64,000 nucleotides of DNA from Pseudomonadota bacterium (GTDB lineage Bacteria; SAR324; NAC60-12), in contig SHAT01000001.1 of assembly GCA_004213175.1 (NCBI GenBank), positions 1,720-65,719 of the forward strand, in the 5' to 3' direction. The translations under genes and the position numbers were made by a program. The first letter of the stretch is position 1. Every line of letters starts with the position of its first letter. The notes under the pieces are model-generated. The model was not told the origin of the DNA. It saw only the letters and a list, made by a program, of their open reading frames with translations, and made no database searches. This document shows positions 8,789-18,060 of this stretch, in pieces.

Positions 8789-11700
8789 TCAAAAATTCTG
8801 GAGATATATTTCTCTGATATTTTTAGTAACTTTTTCCAAAGTTTCCTTTAAATCATATACTTCGTAACCATGATGCTTTAAAAGTTTAAGAATCGTTTCA
8901 GTTTTGACCTTTTTAAAATCCAATAAATCTGTTGAATCATCATAGATCAGTCGTAGTGCATTTTCAATCAATCTCAACAGTTTGTAGTTGTATCGTAAAG
9001 TCTGGGCATCTTCTTTGTTAAGTAAATTCAATTCACCAAGTTCCTGCAGTGCATCCAGAGTTTTTGGACGACGTAATTGAGGATAATTACGTCCATACTT
9101 AAGCTGTAATGCCTGTGTAAGATATTCAATATCCAACAAGCCACCCCTGCCTTCTTTGATGTTTTTTCGATTTTCATTTTCGCCTGAGAGTTCCTGTTCT
9201 TTACGTAACCTGAAATAATTAATTTGCGCGTTCATATCTTTCGGCGGAATCCATTCATAAACCGCACTACGTATTCCTTCCTCTACTTCTTTAAACCATT
9301 TTGCCTCACCTCGACCACCAATGACCCTACCCTTGATCAAGGCTTGATGTTCCCATGGTTTTGAGTTCCCGTGATATTTTAAATATACGTCTAAAGGTGT
9401 CACCAACACACCAGCATTTCCAGAAGGACGCAAACGAGCATCAAGTTTATATGCATATCCTGTACGTGTCATTGTAGATAGACATGATATGAGGCGCTGG
9501 ATCAGCTTGATCCAGTATTCCTGAGCTCCGAGAACATCTTCTCCGTCTGTGGATCCATCACCGGAATGTATGAAAATTAAATCCAAGTCCGAAAAATAGG
9601 TCAACTCACTCCCACCCAGTTTCCCCAAACCAATGATCGCAAACTGCCCTAATTCTCCATGTTTATTTTTAACATCCCCGTAACGTTGGTTTAACCATTT
9701 CTCCGATAATTTAAATGCGGCCTGCACAATAACTTCCGCGAGTACAGTAAGTCCATATCTTGTCTTTTCGTAAGAGATGACACCTTCCATTTCAGCACTA
9801 CCCAGCAGAAATGTAATTGTATGTTTGAACTGTCTAAGCTGATCTATTTCATCTTCTTCGTTATTGGCACAGCAAAGCAGTTTTTCTTCTAGTTGTGCAG
9901 ACCAACTTTCCGCTGAAATTTCCAGTGCTGAATTGTCCAGTTGATCCAATAAATCCAAATGATTGAGCAGATAATTCCACAACATTTCGCTAGTCTCAGC
10001 AATACGCATCAAGCGTGATATTGAAGAAGGATGTTTGGACAATATTCGATAATAACCAACTTTATTGTTCACGGATTCAAACAGCAGCTGAAATTTATTT
10101 TTTGTACTCTCAGTCATCAGGGGGGAAAGATATTGCGAGAACATTTCTATAAACTGCTTTTCCTCTAAGGTGAGATTTTTTATCCTTGCGCAGTTAAGGA
10201 TTGCCGCTTCAATTTCCAAGTGTTTACGACTAAACAATCCACTAAATACTGCACGCACACTCCCCATCACATCTTTCAAATCACTCAAAAAATGCTGACG
10301 TGCTTTTTCTACATCAAACTCAAGATAAGCTAAATTTCTTGCAATCTGCTGTTGCTGTTCAATATCTGAAGGTAGTGTGTGTGTTTGTTGTTCCTCACGT
10401 AACTGAAGATGATGTTCTACTCTTCTTAAAAATAAATATGCATCTGACAAAGTATCTGCATCTCTCTTCGGGATCAATTCTACTTTCTGTAATTTTTCCA
10501 AAATATCCAAGGTCCCAGGACATCGCAGCTCAGGGTTTACACCGCCGTATAAAAGTTGAAATGTTTGCACAAAAAACTCAATCTCACGAATCCCTCCAAC
10601 ACCTAATTTTACATTTAAAAAGCTTTCCCTTAAATGTTCCTGTTCAATACGCTTTTTTACTTTTTGCACGTCATGTAGCACTGCTTCATCCAACAAACTT
10701 CGGAAAACAAAAGGTGTTATCATGCTCATAAAATCTATTCCTGACTGAAATGTCCCTGCAACCGGGACTGCTTTTATTAGGGCTTGACGTTCCCATACCT
10801 CACCACTTGCTGAATAATATAATTCCATTTCATCCAATGACTGAACAAGTGGTGCTCGATCTCCTCCAGGTCGCAAACGCATGTCCATACGTGCCAGAAA
10901 TCCATCTTCTGTAACATCAGCCATTACATCAATCAATATTTTTGCGGATTTTATCCTGAGTTTAGAATCTTGCTTTGGATCTCCAGTAAGGGCTTCGTTA
11001 TCATGAATGAAAATTAAATCCACATCAGATGAATAATTTAATTCATTACCACCTAATTTTCCCATTCCTAATATCATAAAAGGAAAAACTTCTAAAGACT
11101 CTGAATCTTGAATTTGTTTTGAATCAACAACAAAAGATCCATTTTCATCAGGATTAATATGGTTTGGTAAAATATTATTTATGCCAAGTTCGTATTTAGT
11201 TATTCTCGAAAGAGCTGCACGTAAAGTGCAAATTGCTATCGAGGAAAGTTCTTCGAGTGTCTCCTTGAAAGTGCAAAGTTCAGCAAGGTCACGCACAGTT
11301 ATGCGCAGATATTCTTGATATTTGTATCGCCGTAAAATATTCTTAAATTCCATCAGGGATAACCCAGGTTTAGCCTCTATCCTTTTCAGGATTTCAGATT
11401 CCATCACTTCCAAACTTTTTTTCTGTAAAAGGAAAGGAGAGTTCAGTAATTTATCTGCAAGGTCCGGATTCCTTTTTAACCGAATTGCCAGAAAATTACT
11501 GCGTCCGAAAATATACAAGAATGCAGTAGTGTTAGGACGGTCCCAACTAAAATAGCTCCCTGAAGCTTTCTGGAATGCTTCCGTAAAATCAAGCAACTGT
11601 TTCAGAGCTGTTTCTGGAGCTCCGCAAGACAGCAGTACAGGTAAAAACTTTGCCAAATGTTCTGGAATACCTTTAACAGCAACTAACTGATCCAGTAAAT

Positions 11701-11818
11701 TTGCCAGACGTTCCTTAGATGCATGGGGGAAAGGAAAAGCAGTGTCACGTAATATTTCCTCCCAGCCTATATTTTTAGGCAAAGGAAATATCTTATTTAT
11801 CCAATCGTTGAGTATCAC
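8789..11818 (-). CDS. glnE: Bifunctional glutamine synthetase adenylyltransferase / adenylyl-removing enzyme
   Basis: 1009 aa with two nucleotidyltransferase motifs: GKLGGNELNYSSDVDLIFI (N-terminal half) and GKLGGSELTYFSDLDLIFI (C-terminal half). Confidence 0.85.
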   Translation of the reverse strand: MILNDWINKIFPLPKNIGWEEILRDTAFPFPHASKERLANLLDQLVAVKGIPEHLAKFLPVLLSCGAPETALKQLLDFTEAFQKASGSYFSWDRPNTTAFLYIFGRSNFLAIRLKRNPDLADKLLNSPFLLQKKSLEVMESEILKRIEAKPGLSLMEFKNILRRYKYQEYLRITVRDLAELCTFKETLEELSSIAICTLRAALSRITKYELGINNILPNHINPDENGSFVVDSKQIQDSESLEVFPFMILGMGKLGGNELNYSSDVDLIFIHDNEALTGDPKQDSKLRIKSAKILIDVMADVTEDGFLARMDMRLRPGGDRAPLVQSLDEMELYYSASGEVWERQALIKAVPVAGTFQSGIDFMSMITPFVFRSLLDEAVLHDVQKVKKRIEQEHLRESFLNVKLGVGGIREIEFFVQTFQLLYGGVNPELRCPGTLDILEKLQKVELIPKRDADTLSDAYLFLRRVEHHLQLREEQQTHTLPSDIEQQQQIARNLAYLEFDVEKARQHFLSDLKDVMGSVRAVFSGLFSRKHLEIEAAILNCARIKNLTLEEKQFIEMFSQYLSPLMTESTKNKFQLLFESVNNKVGYYRILSKHPSSISRLMRIAETSEMLWNYLLNHLDLLDQLDNSALEISAESWSAQLEEKLLCCANNEEDEIDQLRQFKHTITFLLGSAEMEGVISYEKTRYGLTVLAEVIVQAAFKLSEKWLNQRYGDVKNKHGELGQFAIIGLGKLGGSELTYFSDLDLIFIHSGDGSTDGEDVLGAQEYWIKLIQRLISCLSTMTRTGYAYKLDARLRPSGNAGVLVTPLDVYLKYHGNSKPWEHQALIKGRVIGGRGEAKWFKEVEEGIRSAVYEWIPPKDMNAQINYFRLRKEQELSGENENRKNIKEGRGGLLDIEYLTQALQLKYGRNYPQLRRPKTLDALQELGELNLLNKEDAQTLRYNYKLLRLIENALRLIYDDSTDLLDFKKVKTETILKLLKHHGYEVYDLKETLEKVTKNIREIYLQNF

Positions 11819-12086
11819 GTTTAACTCAGTAATGGTTTTGGGTGCGTCGACAGTTTAACATAATACGGCAATTGACAGAAATAAAATCTCTGATGTATTT
11901 GCAAATTTTGTCTCTGAAAAAATCAGTGAGTGATTTGTTCCTTTTCAAATCTATATTCCTGCTGTTATCCTAAACCTCTTATTATAAAAATTTAAAATAA
12001 GAAGTGTTTAACAAAGAAAATGGAAAAGATTTAAAAATAGAATCGTTTAAGAGAAAAACTTGACAGGGAAAAATAATAAAATAATT

Positions 12087-12115
12087 TCGTGGGAGCAAAG
12101 AAATAACTCCCACGA
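12087..12115 (-). terminator. Rho-independent terminator downstream of glnA
   Basis: Perfect 9-bp stem (tcgtgggag / ctcccacga) with an 11-nt loop, immediately 3' of the glnA stop at 12125-12127. On the minus strand it is followed by aaTTaTTTTaTTaTTTTT. Confidence 0.45.
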
Positions 12116-12124
12116 TATAGTTTT

Positions 12125-13537
12125 TTAGCAGTGAAAATACAACTGGAACTCATGAGGATGGGGACGGGAATCGATGGCTTTGACTTCTTCTTCCATCTTC
12201 CAGTTCAACCAGTAATCAATCACATCTTTGGTGAAAACATCGCCTTTGAGTAGAAATTCGTGGTCGTTTTTCAAAGCTTCCAAAGATTCGTGAAGTGAAC
12301 TAGGCATCTTACCAATTTTGTTTAGTTTTTCAGGAGGTAGATCATAAATGTTTACATCCATAGGATCACCTGGATTAATCTTGTTTTGAATTCCATCCAA
12401 TCCTGCCATCATCATTGCCGGGAAAGCCAAATAGACATTTGCACCCGAGTCAGGACAACGGTACTCAATGCGACGGCCTTTTGGTGAATCAACAACAGGA
12501 ATCCGAACAGTAGCAGATCTATTGCGATTGGAATAAGCTAGGTTGATTGGTGCTTCATATCCGGGAACAAGACGCTTATAGGAATTGGTCAATGGATTTG
12601 TAAATGCAGCCAACGCCGGCGCATGCTTCAGGATACCTCCGATGTAGTAAAGTGCCATTTCACTCAACCCCCCGTATTGATCACCGGCAAACAAAGGTTC
12701 TCCACCTTTCCATATTGACTGATGGGTGTGCATTCCACTACCGTTATCAGAAAACATCGGCTTAGGCATAAAAGTAGCTGTCTTTCCATTATCAATAGCT
12801 ACATTCCGAACTATGTATTTATACCATTGCATCATGTCAGCAGTTCTCAACATTGTATCAAATTGGAAGTCAATTTCATGCTGTGCTGGTGCGACTTCAT
12901 GATGCTGCGCTTCAATGGTCAATCCTAAGTCCTGCATAGATAAAACCATTTCTGCTCTAATATCTCGATCTTGATCAAATGGAGCCGTCGGGAAATAACC
13001 AAACTTGTGGCCAATTTTGTATGCCTTATTCCCACCAATTTCTTCTGCACCTGAATTCCACGGACATTCCGTAGAATCAATAGAATAAAAACCACCTTCA
13101 GGGCCTTGTGCAAAACGGACATCATCAAACATAAAAAATTCTGCTTCAGGCCCCACATAAATAGTGTCCCCAATTCCTGTAGATAACAGATATTTTTCCG
13201 CTTTCCTAGTCACATTGCGAGGATCACGCGAATAATTCTCTCCTGTTACAGGATCTTGAATGTCACAAATCACCGAAAGTGTCGGATGTTCAAAAAAAGG
13301 ATCCATTTTGAAAGTCGATAAATCTGGTACGACTTTCATGTCACTGTTATCAATGGTCTGCCAACAGCGGATACTGGAACCGTCAAACATTCGGCCTTCT
13401 TCCATCATTTCTTCGTTCATCTCGGAAACAGGGATAGTAAAATGTTGCCATGTCCCAATAAAATCGATGAATTTCAAGTCCACCATAACAGCATCATTTT
13501 GTTTTGCAAATTCAATTACCTCTTTTGACGTAGTCAT
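12125..13537 (-). CDS. glnA: Glutamine synthetase type I
   Basis: 470 aa with GS-I motifs. The adenylylation-site tyrosine context is conserved (NIYDLPPE, compare E. coli NLYDLPPEE), consistent with the adjacent glnE. Confidence 0.9.
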   Translation of the reverse strand: MTTSKEVIEFAKQNDAVMVDLKFIDFIGTWQHFTIPVSEMNEEMMEEGRMFDGSSIRCWQTIDNSDMKVVPDLSTFKMDPFFEHPTLSVICDIQDPVTGENYSRDPRNVTRKAEKYLLSTGIGDTIYVGPEAEFFMFDDVRFAQGPEGGFYSIDSTECPWNSGAEEIGGNKAYKIGHKFGYFPTAPFDQDRDIRAEMVLSMQDLGLTIEAQHHEVAPAQHEIDFQFDTMLRTADMMQWYKYIVRNVAIDNGKTATFMPKPMFSDNGSGMHTHQSIWKGGEPLFAGDQYGGLSEMALYYIGGILKHAPALAAFTNPLTNSYKRLVPGYEAPINLAYSNRNRSATVRIPVVDSPKGRRIEYRCPDSGANVYLAFPAMMMAGLDGIQNKINPGDPMDVNIYDLPPEKLNKIGKMPSSLHESLEALKNDHEFLLKGDVFTKDVIDYWLNWKMEEEVKAIDSRPHPHEFQLYFHC

Positions 13538-13950
13538 AATTTATTCCTTTTTAACTATTTTTTATTATTAATTAACCACAAAATGTGTCACAAAATATTT
13601 AACCACAAAACTAAACGCAAGTAATGAGCCAAAATTATAATACTGATTTTATAGGTTATTTATAAAGACTACAAAGATACATGCACATTTGTTAAGCACC
13701 TGCATAATTTTTGCGCATAATGTTTTAGCTCTCACAAATTAAAAACTCTCACTTAGCACAGTGAAAACGTTGGAAATTATTTTTTACCTCACAGAAAAAA
13801 TAAAATGCCGGACTGGATCATAAAATCATCCCATCAACGCAAACATCATCCCCATTGCTCTCAAAGAAAAAATCATATCTTTATAAGAATCTGTGAAAAA
13901 CAAATGATCTCCCAGCAACTTGCAAATTCCACTCTTCACTTGAATCGATC

Positions 13951-13966
13951 TGGTATGTTGCTTGCT
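13951..13966 (+). promoter_or_regulatory. Candidate sigma-54 (-24/-12) promoter upstream of flgF
   Basis: TGGTATG-N4-TTGCT matches TGGCACG-N4-TTGCW at the GG and GC dinucleotides with correct spacing. It lies about 60 bp upstream of the flgF start codon. Confidence 0.35.
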
Positions 13967-14024
13967 TTTACCAAAACAATTAAAAAATCAAATAATCTGA
14001 CTCACATTTTTACAGAGAATCCGT

Positions 14025-14795
14025 ATGAGCGGCATGACCAGTCTGGTTCAAGCAGCAGGAGTAATTGAACGTAAAATGGAGACTGTTTCAAATAATTTGG
14101 CCAACGTCAACACAGTTGGTTTCAAAGAGGATCAGCCTTCTTTCAGGGAAGTTCTTTCCAATGCGCAACGTGTAGCGCCAGAGTCATTTGAGGAACGTTT
14201 TTTATCACATGAATATCTTGACGACTATGTTGGGATGGACAAATCTGCAGTGGTGGTAGATGAAGTTGGTAAAAATTTTGAACCAGGAAGAATTCGTACT
14301 ACAGGGAACGATCTAGATTTTGCACTGGCTAATGAAGGTTTTTTCACCATTGAAACACCTCAAGGAGAACGATATACTCGCGCTGGCAATTTTCAACTTG
14401 ATGCGTCAGGGCGCATTGTAACGAATGACGGATATCCAGTTCTTGGTACGAACGGTGTTATTACAATCAAAGAAGGTAAAATTCAGGTTAACGAAAGTGG
14501 ACAACTCAGTTTAGACGGAGTTATCGCAGACAACTTCCGCTTGGTACGTTTCCAAAAACAAGACAAATTGCAAAAGCTAGGACAGGGGTTTTTTGCACCA
14601 GTAAACAGCAATGATCTGCCAATTGAATCCGAGGAGATCAGGCTCAAACAGGGCATGCTGGAAGATTCTAATGTAAACAGTATGCTCGAAATGACTCGTA
14701 TGATCACCGCGACACGTGCTTATGAAACAGTTCATAGGGCTCTTACAAGGCTAGATAAATTAGATGAAAAAGCAATTAGTATAGTTCAGACTTAA
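14025..14795 (+). CDS. flgF: Flagellar basal-body rod protein FlgF
   Basis: 256 aa. N-terminal rod motif (LANVNTVGFK) and conserved C-terminal helix. Immediately precedes flgG. Confidence 0.75.
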   Translation: MSGMTSLVQAAGVIERKMETVSNNLANVNTVGFKEDQPSFREVLSNAQRVAPESFEERFLSHEYLDDYVGMDKSAVVVDEVGKNFEPGRIRTTGNDLDFALANEGFFTIETPQGERYTRAGNFQLDASGRIVTNDGYPVLGTNGVITIKEGKIQVNESGQLSLDGVIADNFRLVRFQKQDKLQKLGQGFFAPVNSNDLPIESEEIRLKQGMLEDSNVNSMLEMTRMITATRAYETVHRALTRLDKLDEKAISIVQT

Positions 14796-14848
14796 TTATC
14801 TACAAAATTTTTCGCCAAATAACAATCTGACAAAGGAGTTTACCGCTT

Positions 14849-15637
14849 ATGATGCGTGCACTTTATACAGCTGCTACTGGAATGCAGGCCCAGCAAAGAA
14901 ATATTGATACAACTGCTAACAATTTGGCTAACGTCAATACAACAGGCTTTAAAAAAAGCAAAGTCCAGTTTCAAGATTTACTATATTACAATGAACGCAG
15001 TGCAGGTGTTCCTTCTTCAGTATCCACACAGGTTCCAGTTGGTATTCACGTAGGTCATGGTGTTAAATATGTGAGTATTGATAAGGTACATACTCAAGGT
15101 AACATGGAGAACACCGGAAATGATTTAGATATGAGCATTGATGGAATGGGATTTTTTCAGATACTACAGCCTAATGGAATAATTGCATATTCGAGGGACG
15201 GTCATTTCAACGTTGATGGTATGGGACGACTAGTAACAAATGACGGAATGCTTATGGACCCTGAAATTAACATTCCGGCTGATACCAGAAAAGTACAAAT
15301 TGGTATCGATGGTACAGTTTCCGTTTTTCTAAGAGATGACAACATGCCTGAGGCTTTAGGCAGTATTCAGTTGGCTCGTTTTCAAAATCCTGCGGGACTA
15401 ACACCAATTGGTAAGAACCTTTACCTTTCAACTCCTGCTTCTGGGAACGCTATTGTTGACGCACCGGGTTCAAGTAATATGGGATCTCTCACACAGGGAT
15501 TTTTAGAACGTTCAAATGTTTCTCTGGTGGAAGAAATGGTAAATATGATTACAGCACAGCGTGCATATGAGGTAAATTCAAAAGCTATTCAGTCTTCAGA
15601 TGAAATGCTTCAAAACACCAACAATCTTGTACGTTAA
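14849..15637 (+). CDS. flgG: Flagellar distal rod protein FlgG
   Basis: 262 aa. MMRALYTAATGMQAQQ, NLANVNTTGFK, and C-terminal MITAQRAYE..NSKAIQSSDEML typical of FlgG. Confidence 0.85.
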   Translation: MMRALYTAATGMQAQQRNIDTTANNLANVNTTGFKKSKVQFQDLLYYNERSAGVPSSVSTQVPVGIHVGHGVKYVSIDKVHTQGNMENTGNDLDMSIDGMGFFQILQPNGIIAYSRDGHFNVDGMGRLVTNDGMLMDPEINIPADTRKVQIGIDGTVSVFLRDDNMPEALGSIQLARFQNPAGLTPIGKNLYLSTPASGNAIVDAPGSSNMGSLTQGFLERSNVSLVEEMVNMITAQRAYEVNSKAIQSSDEMLQNTNNLVR

Positions 15638-15744
15638 TTAATTTCGACTTAAATCCATTAGTAGTAATTTTATTTTTATTAAAAAGAAAAAACGGATTCT
15701 AGGGAAACAGTTTAAAAAAACACTACGTATTAAAAATAGAATCA

Positions 15745-16758
15745 GTGGTTAATAAAAAAGATAGAAAGATGAGATATCTCAAGCACAGTTGCAGATTGTT
15801 TGTGCTGTTAATTTTGCTTAGTTCTGGGATAGCTTTTTCTAAAGGAAGCTCTCTTCCTGAGGAAGAACAGATCAAAATTATCCTCCCTCAGTCTTCAGTT
15901 ATTAATAACGATCAATACCTACTGGGAGAAATTTCACAAATTGAAGGGGGAGATGTTGTGCTCCTGGAAAAAGTCAGCCAAATCGTCATTGGTCAATCAC
16001 CTTTACCCGGCCGCAAATTAACTGTTACAAGATCATTAATTCTCTCCCGTTTACGTTCCCAGAAGATTAATACAAAACGCTTTTTATTTCCAGGATCAGA
16101 ATCAAGCAGTATTACTCGTGCAGCACTCAAAATCAAAGGTAAAGATATAGAACAGGTAGTCCTAAAGCACATCAGGGATACTAATAATAACGAGGACTTA
16201 AAACCTCGGATACTTGCTAAAACAAGAGATATTTTCCTTCCCAGAGGGCAGGTAAGTTACGTTATCAATTCTAAAGGCAAATATAAAAAAGAAGGCGGTT
16301 ACCGAAATTATGATGTTGAGTTCAGTATAGATGGTAAAGCAGTCAGGATTGTTACTGTGCGAACATATCTAAAATTGTACAAAGAAGTTTTTGTTGCACG
16401 TGATACTATTAAACGTAATAAAATTATTGAAGAATCGGATTTAATGAAAGTCCGTAAAAATGTAGACCGAATGCCACGAGAATATATAACAGAAAAAGAT
16501 CAACTGGTAGGCAAAATATCTAACCGAACAATAAATCCGAGTGAAACAATCCGCGGTAATACAGTTTCAATTCCACCATTGGTAAAATCCGGTGATCGTT
16601 TGCAGATTGTTTTTGAAACTCCTTTTTTACGTCTTTCAGCTCCAGGAATTTCTATGGCAAAGGGTAGAAAGGGAGAAAGAATCCCCGTGAAAAACATGGA
16701 CAGTAAAATCGTGGTTTTTGCCACTGTAAAAACCAGAAATATTGTTCTGGTAAATTAA
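15745..16758 (+). CDS. flgA: Flagellar basal-body P-ring formation chaperone FlgA
   Basis: 337 aa with signal peptide. C-terminal SAF/FlgA-like region (PLVKSGDRLQIVFE...GERIPVKNMDSKIVV). Position between flgG and flgH. Confidence 0.6.
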   Translation: MVNKKDRKMRYLKHSCRLFVLLILLSSGIAFSKGSSLPEEEQIKIILPQSSVINNDQYLLGEISQIEGGDVVLLEKVSQIVIGQSPLPGRKLTVTRSLILSRLRSQKINTKRFLFPGSESSSITRAALKIKGKDIEQVVLKHIRDTNNNEDLKPRILAKTRDIFLPRGQVSYVINSKGKYKKEGGYRNYDVEFSIDGKAVRIVTVRTYLKLYKEVFVARDTIKRNKIIEESDLMKVRKNVDRMPREYITEKDQLVGKISNRTINPSETIRGNTVSIPPLVKSGDRLQIVFETPFLRLSAPGISMAKGRKGERIPVKNMDSKIVVFATVKTRNIVLVN

Positions 16759-16946
16759 TCATAGAGACTTGCTTTGCTGGAGCATCAGCAAATTATAGAA
16801 AGTGATGATTTTCAGATTAGACTTCTAAAATTAGAAACAAATCTAATTTTAGAATATACTTAATTAAAAGGTTTTTCTTTTATGCTTTTCGAAAATGAGA
16901 AACTTTCTTAATTTCTTAATTATTAATTTTTAAAATTGTTTTAAAA

Positions 16947-17717
16947 GTGTCAGATTTATTCCACTTACATACGCCTCCCTTCAAGTACTTTTTGACTACA
17001 CTATTGTTATTTAGTCTTTCCGGTTGTCTTCCTTCGAGACCTGAACCGCAACCTCCGAATGAACTTGTTGAGGAGAATGCAGTAAAAAAACAAAATGACA
17101 AATTACGACTAACATCAAAAAAAGTCCGCCGCAAAAGAATTTCTTCAAGCAGAAACCTTTATGAGGGCTCACTCTGGCGTTACGAATCGTCTTTTGGGAA
17201 TCTACTCCGTGATCACCGCGCCCGTTTCCGTGGTGACCTGTTGAATATTAACGAAGTAAGTTTGATCGTAAACGCTCCTCCCCCAAAATTACCAACTGAA
17301 GGCCAACCAGCAGGAGGAGCAGCAACAGCAAATGTTGCACTGGAAGCTTTGACCTTAAGAGATGCGATTGAAGAAGAACAAAACGATATTTTACGGAATT
17401 TAGACGGAATTTCTGCTCGCGTAATCCGAGTACTTCCTGATGGAAACATGCTCATCAAAGGACAAAAGATTGACTATAGACAACGTAATCAAGTGAGATA
17501 CATAACCACTGTAACAGGCATTTTACGTCCAGCAGACATAAATGATTCAAACATTGTTTCTGCCAGTAAACTTGCAAATCCTAACGTAAAAATCAAGCGA
17601 CAGCAAAGTGGCAGCCTAGTTCGTGAACGTCTCAAAAAACTAGCCCCACTCCTCGGCAAAGAAAAATCGGGATTGTTAGGTCGTCTTAGTGATTTATCCA
17701 AGGGTGCATCTGAATAA
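16947..17717 (+). CDS. flgH: Flagellar L-ring lipoprotein FlgH
   Basis: 256 aa. Lipobox LFSLSGC and FlgH-like core. GTG start codon. Confidence 0.8.
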   Translation: MSDLFHLHTPPFKYFLTTLLLFSLSGCLPSRPEPQPPNELVEENAVKKQNDKLRLTSKKVRRKRISSSRNLYEGSLWRYESSFGNLLRDHRARFRGDLLNINEVSLIVNAPPPKLPTEGQPAGGAATANVALEALTLRDAIEEEQNDILRNLDGISARVIRVLPDGNMLIKGQKIDYRQRNQVRYITTVTGILRPADINDSNIVSASKLANPNVKIKRQQSGSLVRERLKKLAPLLGKEKSGLLGRLSDLSKGASE

Positions 17718-18060
17718 ACTGCAAATTTTTTTCAGGAATTATGTTTCCATGGGGTGTTTCGTGTGTTTTCAGATAAGAATCATTGGAAGTTCTAACAACC
17801 AATTTGAACAATGTTAGACTCGCCATACCAAAATCCCATTTCAAAATATTGTTTAGAATAGCTCAGCTTTCTTCTGCATTAGATAAAAGAAATCCTTCTA
17901 AGATCTATAGAAAGAGAACTCTTAGCATGTCTGTTTTGTTCATATAAAATATCCTCCTGAAGTAGACCCTTTCAATTAATAATGTATGCCGTTTTACAAG
18001 CAATTTTGTTATACATTGATAATAAAATCTAAATTTTAAAATAGTTATTAAAGCTTCTTC

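Noticed and set aside
10300-11555. Plus-strand ORFs of 143 and 77 aa
   Set aside because: They are embedded antisense in glnE.
17851-17880. tRNA-like string gaatagctcagc
   Set aside because: There are no acceptor-stem partners, no GG in the D-loop context and no T-arm GTTC. It is not a tRNA.
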